Shown here one piece after another: positions 1-12,335 of a stretch of 24,831 nucleotides of DNA. How positions within the stretch are numbered: position 1 is the stretch's first letter; each line of letters begins with the position of its first letter. Source of the DNA: an uncultured bacterium (GTDB taxonomy: Bacteria > SAR324 > NAC60-12); assembly GCA_964010765.1 (NCBI GenBank), contig CAXGMD010000050.1, positions 1-24,831 of the forward strand. The letters are read 5' to 3'. A program made the position numbers and the translations under genes. Below the pieces are notes generated by a model, which was given only the letters and a program-made list of their open reading frames with translations, was not told the origin of the DNA and did not search any database.

Positions 1-328
1 CTCCCCATTTCCCGGTCACCGCGTAACTTGCTCGATTGCTGGCAGAGCGACTGAGAAGGTTGAGTGGTACTGCTGAAAACTGCATCTGGGCTCCACCAGA
101 GCAAAACAGGAGACGGTAGTTGTCTGGCAGTTGTGTCAATTGGCGGAAAAGTTGCTGTGTTTCATCCAGGATCGGCAGGAAATCCTTGGAACGATGGCTG
201 ATCTCCAGAATGGAGGCTCCACATTCCCGATAGTTGAGGAGTTCATTCTGAACCTTCTCCAGCACCGGTAGAGGGAGAACCGCTGGTCCTGGACTAAAAT
301 TGTAGGCGCGTTCGGCAAAGCGAGGCAT
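1..328 (-). CDS. serC: Phosphoserine aminotransferase, N-terminal part (runs off window start)
   Basis: Not in the ORF track. Manual translation from ATG at 328 gives MPRFAERAYNFSPGPAVLPLPVLEKVQNELLNYRECGASILEISHRSKDF...LFCSGGAQMQFSAVPLNL, matching the SerC motifs NFSPGPA, ExSHRS and GGAxxQF..VPxNL. Confidence 0.93.
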   Translation of the reverse strand, partial: MPRFAERAYNFSPGPAVLPLPVLEKVQNELLNYRECGASILEISHRSKDFLPILDETQQLFRQLTQLPDNYRLLFCSGGAQMQFSAVPLNLLSRSASNRASYAVTGKWG

Positions 329-339
329 GGAGGGAGCTT

Positions 340-1140
340 TCAATCTCGCGGCAAGAGGGCAGTGACAAAGAGATTTCGAAACAAGGGCTCTCTTCTTTCT
401 AAGTACGTTTTGAGGCGCAAAGCTTCCTTCTCTTCACGATATCCTCCCGCGTAAACCCGCATGTGTTCAAAATCCAAGCGTACTTCAACATGCTCGAAGG
501 TAATTCTTCTGGCATATTTGGCATTCAGCGCCTTCGTCAGACGGTCTGCCTGATCGACTTCCGGAAAGACTCCCAAGGAAATGCGATACCAGTCGTTTGG
601 CTTGAGCACCTGAGCATATCCGTTCAAGCCAGGATCTTGGTTGATCTCTTCCGCTACAGCAGCTGATCGTTCGGAGGAATATAGTGGTTGGGAACGAACT
701 TCTCGGAAAGGCATACTTTCGACAGCGTTCTCAATTCGTGTCCGGTAACCTTGACGGGACAACAAACGGCGGTGTTCCCCAACACATTCACTGTCGAGAC
801 AATTCGCAACCTGCACATAATATTTGATGGGTAATGGAGGCACCTGGTTGGCATCAACCAACATTACTTCCTCTACCTCTAGCACTTCCTCCACCTCAAC
901 ATCAGGAGTATCCTTTTTACTCGGACTGAGCACCTCAAGAAGGCTGGTTGACTCGGACTGAGCGGGCTCTTCTTCCGTCAAGCTAATCGTTTCAACTGGC
1001 GGCGGTGGCGGCGGTGGCATCAACCACCCGACCACACCTCCGGCAATCACAACGAGCAGACCGAGAATCAAAGCAATGTTGCCTAATAATGATAATTTGC
1101 TCGAACCCTTAGTTTTTCCGTTTTCTGAATCGGCTGACAT
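340..1140 (-). CDS. Single-pass membrane protein with C-terminal SPOR-like (peptidoglycan-binding) domains
   Basis: N-terminal TM helix, poly-Pro and acidic linker, then SPOR-like segments YYVQVANC, WYRISLGVFPEVDQADRLTKAL and RVYAGGYREEKEALRLK. Confidence 0.7.
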   Translation of the reverse strand: MSADSENGKTKGSSKLSLLGNIALILGLLVVIAGGVVGWLMPPPPPPPVETISLTEEEPAQSESTSLLEVLSPSKKDTPDVEVEEVLEVEEVMLVDANQVPPLPIKYYVQVANCLDSECVGEHRRLLSRQGYRTRIENAVESMPFREVRSQPLYSSERSAAVAEEINQDPGLNGYAQVLKPNDWYRISLGVFPEVDQADRLTKALNAKYARRITFEHVEVRLDFEHMRVYAGGYREEKEALRLKTYLERREPLFRNLFVTALLPRD

Positions 1141-1174
1141 TCTACCCCGCTGGTTTGCTAATCTGATCGCGAAT

Positions 1175-2095
1175 TCAAACTGATTCTCTATGCACTGTCT
1201 GCGCCTTGTTTTCCTGCAGTAGCCTTGTCTGTCGCTGGATCTGACTCAAGTAAATCACCACGGCAATCCAGATCAGTCCAAAAGAGATCGCCTGGATCTG
1301 ACTGAAGGGTTCTTCATACAAAAAAATCCCCAGTAGAAAAAAGCAGGTAGGCGCAATGAATTGCAGCAAGCCCAGGGTCGCTAGCGGAAGTCTTCGGGCG
1401 CCAGCTGCAAACAGTAGCAGTGGCAGAGAAGTAATCACGCCAGTGGTTGCCAGTAGTAGACTCAAATCCCAGTTGCTCCCAAAATACAGCCCATCAGACT
1501 GCGACAGATACCATAATAATATGAAAGACAGTGGCATCAGGATCACCATTTCCATCCAGAGACCCAGCATCCCCTGCACCTGAATCACTTTGCGCATCAA
1601 GCCATAGCCTGCAAAGGTCAGCGCAATGATCAGCCCCAGCCAGGGGAATTGTTCCGCTTGCCGCATCAGGTTGATCAGGGCCAAGGCTGTGAGCCCAATC
1701 GCCAGCCATTGCCAGGAGCTGAAGCGCTCACGCAGAAAAAGAAAACCAAAGAGGATGTTTAACAACGGAACAATGAAATAGCCCAAGCTGACCTCCAGCA
1801 CTCGATCCTGCTGGACTGCCATCACATAGCTCAGCCAATTTCCGACAAGTAGCAGAGCACTGAAAATCAAACCAACCAGACGCTGACGTTCTTTTAGAAT
1901 CGATCCCCAACCCCCTGCTGGAGGCTGCCAGAGCAAGATCGCCCATGTGAACACGAAGGACCAAACAATGCGGTGAGCGATCACTTCGAGGGCAGTTGTG
2001 GGGGCCAGGGTTTTCCAATAAATCGGTAAGAAACCCCAGAGAAGGAAGGCAGAGACCGCACAGATCATCCCACGATCCTGCTCATTCTCTAACAA
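1175..2095 (-). CDS. rarD: EamA-family transporter RarD
   Basis: Multi-TM protein with RarD signatures LLWGFLPIYWK, EVIAHRIVWS, EVSLGYFIVPL, YGLMRK, LGLLQFIAPT. TTG start, exact start uncertain. Confidence 0.9.
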   Translation of the reverse strand: MLENEQDRGMICAVSAFLLWGFLPIYWKTLAPTTALEVIAHRIVWSFVFTWAILLWQPPAGGWGSILKERQRLVGLIFSALLLVGNWLSYVMAVQQDRVLEVSLGYFIVPLLNILFGFLFLRERFSSWQWLAIGLTALALINLMRQAEQFPWLGLIIALTFAGYGLMRKVIQVQGMLGLWMEMVILMPLSFILLWYLSQSDGLYFGSNWDLSLLLATTGVITSLPLLLFAAGARRLPLATLGLLQFIAPTCFFLLGIFLYEEPFSQIQAISFGLIWIAVVIYLSQIQRQTRLLQENKAQTVHRESV

Positions 2096-2399
2096 GTAAT
2101 TGATCTCATATTATTTTCTATACTTACAAAACTTGCGAAGGGAGCACTTGAAACGGAAATCATATCGCTGCCTCGCTAATCAACACAATCTGAAAGAGAT
2201 GCAATTTGATAGCAGGGGTACTGAGCAGGTCTAGAGGTATGTGGTAGGACTGAGTTCAAGTCAGTTTATGGATATATGTAGCATTAGTGTCGCTGCAAGT
2301 AAGAAAACATATCGGCATTTGAAGGATAAAATGCGAAAGACTCGAATGGCAGATGACTAGGGCAACATGAAAATAGAGGAGTTGAAGCCTTAAAATATA

Positions 2400-2431
2400 A
2401 ATCGTGTTAACACGATTCACTCCATCTCAAC
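2400..2431 (+). repeat. Palindromic site copy 1 (perfect 18-bp palindrome AATCGTGTTAACACGATT at 2400-2417 plus tail CACTCCATCTCAAC)
   Basis: Read directly; 2400-2422 is identical to 4934-4956. Confidence 0.9.
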
Positions 2432-2729
2432 CCACCACTGCGCCAGATTCTGGCAATCCCTTCAAATCAACAGAAGCTGCCCTAGTCTGCGTACTCAGAT
2501 CCGCTGGCTCTGCTTGCACTCGCTTCCCTTTACTTCTAATTCTGCGATTCACCCAAACACCAGAAATCGTAAATAAGTGGTGTTTTGGAGGATTACCCAC
2601 GTGTGTGATACCAGCATCACCCAAATTGAGCACGTCTACTACCATTTGAACTACACGATACGCGTCACCAATGTGGTGGCTGACTACAGACTAGATTCTG
2701 ATGGGACAATTTGCGTGGTTTGAACTTTG

Positions 2730-2750
2730 GTGAATCGTGTTGACACGATC
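2730..2750 (-). repeat. Palindromic site copy 2, inverted relative to copies 1 and 3
   Basis: 2730-2749 GTGAATCGTGTTGACACGAT; its reverse complement ATCGTGTCAACACGATTCAC matches copy 1 at 19/20. The asymmetric CAC tail defines the orientation. Confidence 0.85.
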
Positions 2751-2827
2751 TGAATTTTTACCTACTAACAACTCAGCCTTCTCCAATAAAATTACTATAA
2801 ATTATTCTAGCAATTAAGTGATGCTCC

Positions 2828-4921
2828 ATGAAAATATTTAAGTTTACACTGTATTTGCTAATTTTCTTATTTCTAATTTCTTCAAAATCGTTTTCCCAAG
2901 AACCATACATAATAACGTCAGAATCGCTTGAAATAATACCAAATAAACATCTTAGTTTCTTGGAAGGTTTTGACGAGACCGTTTCATTTGAAGTTCTAGA
3001 GAGCGTAGAGTGGTCTGACAGACTGCTTGATGCACAATCAATGGTAGATGGTTATTGGGTTCGTTTTGTAGTAAAGAACATTTTAAAAACAGATAAGATA
3101 GGGCTTTCCCATAATTTTAATTATGAAAAGAAAATATTCATTAAAAATTCATTAGGTGTCGATGAATTTAGCTATTGGAGAGCTGGCATTGATAAACATT
3201 TTGAAGAAACTCATATTGGTTCTGAATTTCGTATTAACATTCCAAAAAATGAAAAAACAATCATCTATAATTTTTTCAGAAATTATCCAGTTGATCGATT
3301 TAATTCAATGGATAATTATCATCGAATGATGATTGGTTCATGGGAATCTGTGAGAAATAAAGAATTCTTTAGACTTATAGGTAAAACAATATTTATAGCC
3401 CCAGTTTTTCTGTTTGGAATTTATTACTTTTTTGTTTATCTAATTTCAAAAGGAAATTATATTTGGCTATCTTTAGCGCTCTTACTCATATCCTTTCACG
3501 AAGTATTTGGAGTCACAGGTTTATTGACCAATCATCTGGGAATTTATTCATTCTTTCCCTCGATAGCTTCAGTAAGTGGAATGATTTTTTTTGTGCCTTT
3601 ACTATTTCTTATTTTATCACAGTTTTTCCGAAAAACTTTAAAAATAAAAGAAAAATTTCCAAAATTGAATAAAATTTATTTAGGTATTATTTGGTTTTAT
3701 ATTATAGTTGTTCTCATAAACTTTATTCTTTTACTAAATTGGCCAAATGAAGAGCAAATTAATCTGGTAAAGTATCCTCCAGATAACCTAGGTCCTGGTG
3801 TAATCAAACTTCATCAGTTCATAATACCTTTCTTCATTTTGCTTTTGATATCTATCATAGTTGCATTCTTATCTTGGCGCAAAGGCAGTTCAGCTTCAGG
3901 TTACTTATGCTTGTCTTTCTTGCTACCTTTTCTGTCGATACCTGTTGCAGCAACAACTTATCTCATATTTGATGGATTTAATTGGCATTTTTGGTCGATT
4001 ATACAACCTATTGTAGGATTTTTATTTCTGGGAATGTTTGTCACTTTTGGATTTTCTGTTGCTCAAGGCATGAATGATCTCAAACAAGAATTTATAGATA
4101 GACAAATTGAATTAAATAATGAACTTGAATCTAAGGTAAATGCTAGAACGGCTGATTTAACGAAAGCAAATTTAATGATCACTGACAGTATCAACTCTGC
4201 CAGTGCTATTCAAAACGCAATACTCCCTGAAATTAATGCTGATTCGCATGGCTTCAAAGAGTTTAAATATGTTTGGGAACCTAGAGATATTGTAGGCGGT
4301 GATTTCTACTGGATTGGTCAAAAAGAAAGCTGGACAAGTCTGATTGTTGCTGACTGTACTGGTCATGGAATCCCAGGTGCTTTTATGACGCTGATCTCAA
4401 GTACTCTGCTAGATAGAGTCGCAAACTTAAGTGATTTAAGTCAACCAGATCGAATATTAGATCAATTGGATGAACTGTTAGAAAGCACCTTAAAGTACAG
4501 AGAGGGTGGCAATACTAATTTTGGACTCGATTGTGGTATCATTTGCTTCTCTCAGAAACACAATCTTTTGCGCTATGCTGGTGCTAAGACCAATCTCTAT
4601 CAGAAACTTGATGAAGAGGTAGTTGAGATCAAGGGCGATAAGAAAAGCTTGGGATATGAAAGGAAAGAGCACCCAATCAAATTTAAAGTTAGTGAGTTTG
4701 GCTTAGACCAAAACTCTTCCTTCTTCATCTTTTCAGATGGGGTGACTGATCAAGTTGGAGGAGAGAAGAAACTGATGTATGGGAAGAAACGAGTGATTGC
4801 TCACATCAAAGAAGCAGTTGATGTCCGGTCTGCCGTCAACAATATTGTTGCTGACATCAATCAGTACCAGGCAGGACACAAGAGGAGGGATGATCTAACG
4901 CTCTTTGGATTTGCTGTCTAA
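2828..4921 (+). CDS. Membrane sensor / PP2C-type (SpoIIE/RsbU-like) serine phosphatase: signal peptide, 7TM-DISM-like extracellular domain, multi-TM region, coiled coil, SpoIIE domain
   Basis: C-terminal motifs PRDIVGGDFYW, VADCTGHGIPGAFM, GLDCG, FSDGVTDQVGG, RRDDLT. N-terminal YWVRFVVKN resembles 7TMR-DISMED2. About 7 hydrophobic segments and a LESKVNART linker. Confidence 0.88.
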   Translation: MKIFKFTLYLLIFLFLISSKSFSQEPYIITSESLEIIPNKHLSFLEGFDETVSFEVLESVEWSDRLLDAQSMVDGYWVRFVVKNILKTDKIGLSHNFNYEKKIFIKNSLGVDEFSYWRAGIDKHFEETHIGSEFRINIPKNEKTIIYNFFRNYPVDRFNSMDNYHRMMIGSWESVRNKEFFRLIGKTIFIAPVFLFGIYYFFVYLISKGNYIWLSLALLLISFHEVFGVTGLLTNHLGIYSFFPSIASVSGMIFFVPLLFLILSQFFRKTLKIKEKFPKLNKIYLGIIWFYIIVVLINFILLLNWPNEEQINLVKYPPDNLGPGVIKLHQFIIPFFILLLISIIVAFLSWRKGSSASGYLCLSFLLPFLSIPVAATTYLIFDGFNWHFWSIIQPIVGFLFLGMFVTFGFSVAQGMNDLKQEFIDRQIELNNELESKVNARTADLTKANLMITDSINSASAIQNAILPEINADSHGFKEFKYVWEPRDIVGGDFYWIGQKESWTSLIVADCTGHGIPGAFMTLISSTLLDRVANLSDLSQPDRILDQLDELLESTLKYREGGNTNFGLDCGIICFSQKHNLLRYAGAKTNLYQKLDEEVVEIKGDKKSLGYERKEHPIKFKVSEFGLDQNSSFFIFSDGVTDQVGGEKKLMYGKKRVIAHIKEAVDVRSAVNNIVADINQYQAGHKRRDDLTLFGFAV

Positions 4922-4933
4922 ATTTACTCCCAC

Positions 4934-4966
4934 AATCGTGTTAACACGATTCACTCTCATATCAAC
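4934..4966 (+). repeat. Palindromic site copy 3 (perfect palindrome 4934-4951 plus tail CACTCTCATATCAAC); direct repeat of copy 1
   Basis: 23 bp identical to copy 1, about 32 bp with 1 indel and 1 mismatch. Lies between the converging stops of the phosphatase gene and the integrase remnant. Confidence 0.9.
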
Positions 4967-5264
4967 TCAGCTGCTCGCCTCATTTACCATCATTCACATC
5001 AATGTAGCGTTGGGTAGTCTGTATGCTCGCATGTCTCGCCAATTCTGCTAGTCTCCTAATTCCTACTCCTTCCACACTGAGTTCTGTCAACCAGATTCTC
5101 CTACTACTGTGACTGGTCGCATCCACTATGCCTGCTCTGGTACCAAGTCTTTGTAAGTGCTGGGCGTACTGTAAGGCATTAATTCTTCTGTGTGCTGAAC
5201 AAATAGTGATCTCTGCTCTCTCTGCAAAGCTTCTTTGCATCTTCATTTTTCTGTTGGAACTCAC
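4957..5264 (-). pseudogene. Tyrosine recombinase/integrase C-terminal remnant, frameshifted
   Basis: AGIVDATSHSSRR (HxxR) and LAELARHASIQTTQRYIDV (H...catalytic Y). Another frame upstream gives RDHYLFSTQK (LF patch). A one-base shift after DGK gives RRAAELI* ending at 4957. No N-terminal half visible. Confidence 0.8.
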
Positions 5265-5798
5265 TTATTTGCAAACCAATCAAATCAGGCTGGTCAGACA
5301 TTATTCTGTAATTTTTCTGTAGATTTTTTTAGGCTTTTAGACCTTTCTGTTGAAGTATCTTTTCAGCCTAGTTTGACATTGTTTCAATTTTGATTAAATC
5401 CAATTTTTATTTTATAGATAACTGAAATTTATGATAAATTCTTTATAAGAAAAACTATCAGGAATGGTGTTTTTATTTTAAGCACCAATCTATAAGCCTT
5501 ATCCTAAGTTATTAGATTTCTTGAAAAACCTCATTATTGAAAACTACTAGACCCGGTATTCTATCATGTTTTTTAGCCTTGTTATTTCTTTTTGATCAGA
5601 GAACTTTGCTTCATATCAAATTCCGGAGGCTCTCCATCATGAGTAAGCCTCTTAACTGGAATTATGAAGGATGAATGTTTGTTCTATTGCGAAGAAGACG
5701 GAGCAGAAACCAAAAACTGCTGATAACTCATTCATTGAGCTTGAGATAACAGCTTTTTAAGATTGAGGGGTGTGGGATGGGAATGACCTTCAGAAACC

Positions 5799-7211
5799 TC
5801 AGAGCGAATCGTAATCCAGGCGATTCATGCCGTTGAAAGCAGCAATTCGGTAGGCTTCGTCAAGAGTCGGCACATTGAAGACGGAGTTGATGAAGAACTT
5901 GATCGTCCCTTCGAAGTGCAACACACAGTTACCCAGATGGATCAGTTCCGGTGCACGTGGTCCAATGATGTGCACCCCCAGCAAACGCAAGGTTTCAGGA
6001 CAGAATAGTAGTTTTAGAATTCCTTCCTGTTCTCCCATGATGTGCGCACGTGAGATTTCCTTAAAGTGCGCTATGCCTACCTCATAAGGAATTCTAGCAT
6101 CCGTCAGTTCTTCTTCTGATCTGCCTACATAGGCAACAGCTGGGATGGTCCAGATACCGTACGGAAGCTCTCTCGGGATACGCTCATTTTCCAGTTGTCC
6201 AAATGCGTGCAACGTTGCAATTCTTGCTTGTAGCAAAGATGTGGAAGCCAACGCTGGAAAGCCGACCACATCACCAACGGCATAGATGTTTGGGATGTTT
6301 GTTTGGTAGTGCTCATTCGTTTGAATCAAACCGTTGTGACCCAATTCAACCCCGATTTCCTCCAATCCCAATTTATCAGAATTTGCGACACGACCAGCCG
6401 CCAGCATGACGGTTGAGCAGGGTAGCGTCTTACCACTCTCCAACTCCACTTGCACTTCCTGAGGTGAGATCTTAACGATCTGTTTGACGTTTTCGCCAAG
6501 GCGCATCGTGATTCGCTGATTGCGCATCCGATAAACGAGAGCCTCTGCAATTTCTCGATCCAAGAAAGGCATGACATGACGATCCCGAGCGATCAGATTG
6601 ACGCGAATCCCTAGCTTGGCAAAGATGCAGGCATATTCGCAACCAATGACACCAGCCCCGATGATCGTGATTTTTTTGGGAAGTTTCTCAATCTTGAGGA
6701 TTGTATCTGAGTCGAAGACACACTCATTATCGAGCTGAGCCCAGTCGGCTTTTCGTGGAGCAGAACCTGTGGCAACGACCGTATAGTTAGCAGTAATTTG
6801 ATAAGGTTCCTCATCCGGATGGGCGGGTTGAATCTGCAATTCGGTTGGACTGAGGAATTGGCAACGTCCTCTCTCCAGAGTGACTCGATTCTTCATTAAG
6901 TTGCGACGCAGCTTGTTCTCCTGCTCACTGATCACAAGATCCTTACGATACATCAACTCTTCGGTGCTGACGTTCTCACGCATGGAGATTTCAATTCCAT
7001 GGGTTCGGCGGCGCAGCAATTCCAGATTGACAACGGTCTCTCGCAACGACTTAGATGGAATCGTACCCGTGTGCAAGGAGGCACCACCAAGCTTCTCTCT
7101 TTTGTCTATCAGAAAGACTCGCTTCTTCAACTTGCTGGCTTGGATTGCTGCTTTTTCACCTGCTGGACCAGAGCCGATGATGGCGATGTCGTAGTGCCGA
7201 ATTTCCTGCAT
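5799..7211 (-). CDS. sthA: Soluble (Si-specific) pyridine nucleotide transhydrogenase
   Basis: GSGPAGEKAAIQA FAD motif; GGASLHTGTIPSKSLRE lacks the redox CxxxxC of lipoamide dehydrogenase; GAGVIGCEYA; FNVPTLDEAYRIAAFNG C-terminus. Confidence 0.9.
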   Translation of the reverse strand: MQEIRHYDIAIIGSGPAGEKAAIQASKLKKRVFLIDKREKLGGASLHTGTIPSKSLRETVVNLELLRRRTHGIEISMRENVSTEELMYRKDLVISEQENKLRRNLMKNRVTLERGRCQFLSPTELQIQPAHPDEEPYQITANYTVVATGSAPRKADWAQLDNECVFDSDTILKIEKLPKKITIIGAGVIGCEYACIFAKLGIRVNLIARDRHVMPFLDREIAEALVYRMRNQRITMRLGENVKQIVKISPQEVQVELESGKTLPCSTVMLAAGRVANSDKLGLEEIGVELGHNGLIQTNEHYQTNIPNIYAVGDVVGFPALASTSLLQARIATLHAFGQLENERIPRELPYGIWTIPAVAYVGRSEEELTDARIPYEVGIAHFKEISRAHIMGEQEGILKLLFCPETLRLLGVHIIGPRAPELIHLGNCVLHFEGTIKFFINSVFNVPTLDEAYRIAAFNGMNRLDYDSL

Positions 7212-7255
7212 ACAAATTTCTTACTTTGGGGAAGAAAGATTTAATTGGTGTCAGA

Positions 7256-7284
7256 ATATTGAAAACCTAATTCGCAACTGTCAA
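7256..7284 (-). promoter_or_regulatory. Candidate sigma70 promoter of sthA
   Basis: Minus strand TTGACA (7284-7279), 17-bp spacer, CAATAT (7261-7256); weak -10. Confidence 0.4.
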
Positions 7285-7289
7285 AGAGT

Positions 7290-7309
7290 CTAGAGTAACC
7301 TTACTCTAG
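7290..7309. promoter_or_regulatory. Inverted repeat CTAGAGTAA-CC-TTACTCTAG (operator-like)
   Basis: Perfect 9-2-9 dyad in the der-sthA intergenic region, 5 bp upstream of the candidate -35. Confidence 0.45.
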
Positions 7310-7367
7310 GTCTCATTTCTCTTTATTTTTCTGTGTAAATCTACAGGGAGTCGGTCAGTACTTCGGT

Positions 7368-11217
<3,850 letters not shown>

Positions 11218-11270
11218 CTACTTCGTTCAGCGATTGCTCGGGAGAGAAGAAACAGAGCAGAGGGGGAAAC

Positions 11271-12335
11271 TCAGATGAATTGCCCTTGCACCACTTGAAA
11301 ACTGCAACTCTTCGTATCTAATTTTTCTGGTCGTGTTGTTGAAGTTACGAAGATCTGATTCTGCAGTTGTGCAAAGAGCCCGAGCAGACGTTGGGATACC
11401 TGCGCATCTAACTCGGAGAAAAGGTCATCAAAAATCAGTATTGGATGTAGGGAATAATTGGAGAATAATAGCTGATTTATTGCAATTTTTAAAGACAAAT
11501 TCGTGACTCTCAATTCTCCCTGAGAAAAAAAATCTCGATCAATTTTTTCATCCAGAAATAGGTGGTAATCATCACGATGAGGACCAATCAGGGCGTAACC
11601 TGAATGCAGTTCACGATCCCGCTGTTCCTCCATCATTTTCTCCAATTGTTCCGCGTCACTACACTGGACAGCAGGATGGTAGCGCAGTGATAGCTGCTCT
11701 GGTCGACCAGTAGCCATCCTGAAGAGTTCCACCAAGTGAGATAGCAGCTGTTCAGCAAAGGCTGCTCGGCGCTGGATCAATTCCCAGCCTGTACGAGCCA
11801 GGACTTGGTTCCAGGCAGAGAGCTGACGATCCTGACGCTGCCGCAGCGCAGCGTTTTTTTCAGCCAGTACCTTGGTGTAGTCCTGAAGATGACGGAAGTA
11901 GACTGGATCCAGGGTGGAGATGATTCTGTTGAAGAAGCGCCGCCGCTCTTGAGGAGGTCCTCGAAATAGCGCTACGTCCTCCGGAGTAAAACTCAGAGCC
12001 AGAAAGGAGAGGACATATTCCGAAGTGCGCTGGAACGGAGCATGATCCAGCCAAACCTGACGACCTCGGGTTGAAAGAATAATTTGCACTCGACGCAAAA
12101 CCTGCTGTTGTTCTAGCAGAGCAGTCATTCGAGCTGCGTTGGCTTCGCTGTACCAGAGTTGCTGCGTCTTGCGAGTTCGGAAGGATTCTAGATTACAGAG
12201 GTAGGCAATCGCTTCGACCAAGTTGGTTTTCCCTTGGCCGTTGTAACCGTGCAGCCAGTTGAGACCAGGTCCAAACTCAACCTGCAACTGGCGATAATTT
12301 CGAAAATGATGAAGTTCCAGCGAACGAATTACCAT
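11271..12335 (-). CDS. recF: DNA replication and repair protein RecF
   Basis: FRNY, Walker A GYNGQGKTNLVEAI, GPPQERRRF, GPHRDD, SQGE, PILIFDDLFSELD. Confidence 0.95.
   Translation of the reverse strand: MVIRSLELHHFRNYRQLQVEFGPGLNWLHGYNGQGKTNLVEAIAYLCNLESFRTRKTQQLWYSEANAARMTALLEQQQVLRRVQIILSTRGRQVWLDHAPFQRTSEYVLSFLALSFTPEDVALFRGPPQERRRFFNRIISTLDPVYFRHLQDYTKVLAEKNAALRQRQDRQLSAWNQVLARTGWELIQRRAAFAEQLLSHLVELFRMATGRPEQLSLRYHPAVQCSDAEQLEKMMEEQRDRELHSGYALIGPHRDDYHLFLDEKIDRDFFSQGELRVTNLSLKIAINQLLFSNYSLHPILIFDDLFSELDAQVSQRLLGLFAQLQNQIFVTSTTRPEKLDTKSCSFQVVQGQFI

Larger units (their letters stand above)
2400..5264. mobile_element. AT-rich genomic islet or degraded integrative element (cargo gene, palindromic repeats, integrase remnant); true edges may extend to about 2100-5790
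   Basis: Visibly lower GC than the flanks, the only large plus-strand gene in a minus-strand block, a tyrosine recombinase fragment, flanking repeats, and long non-coding margins between rarD and sthA. Confidence 0.6.

Noticed and set aside
136..318. 60-aa ORF in the track
   Set aside because: Out-of-frame shadow of serC, which occupies this span.
2404..2649. Overlapping ORFs 2404..2649(+) and 2427..2645(-)
   Set aside because: No recognisable motif; one begins inside the palindrome; likely spurious or decayed.
2400..4966. Palindromes as integron attC, dif/pdif or canonical parS
   Set aside because: No RYYYAAC..GTTRRRY box pair with long imperfect stem, no XerC/XerD arms, and no match to TGTTTCACGTGAAACA.
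5265..5790. AT-rich stretch with short ORFs near 5639-5750
   Set aside because: Only very short frames, no recognisable product, RNA structure or att duplication.
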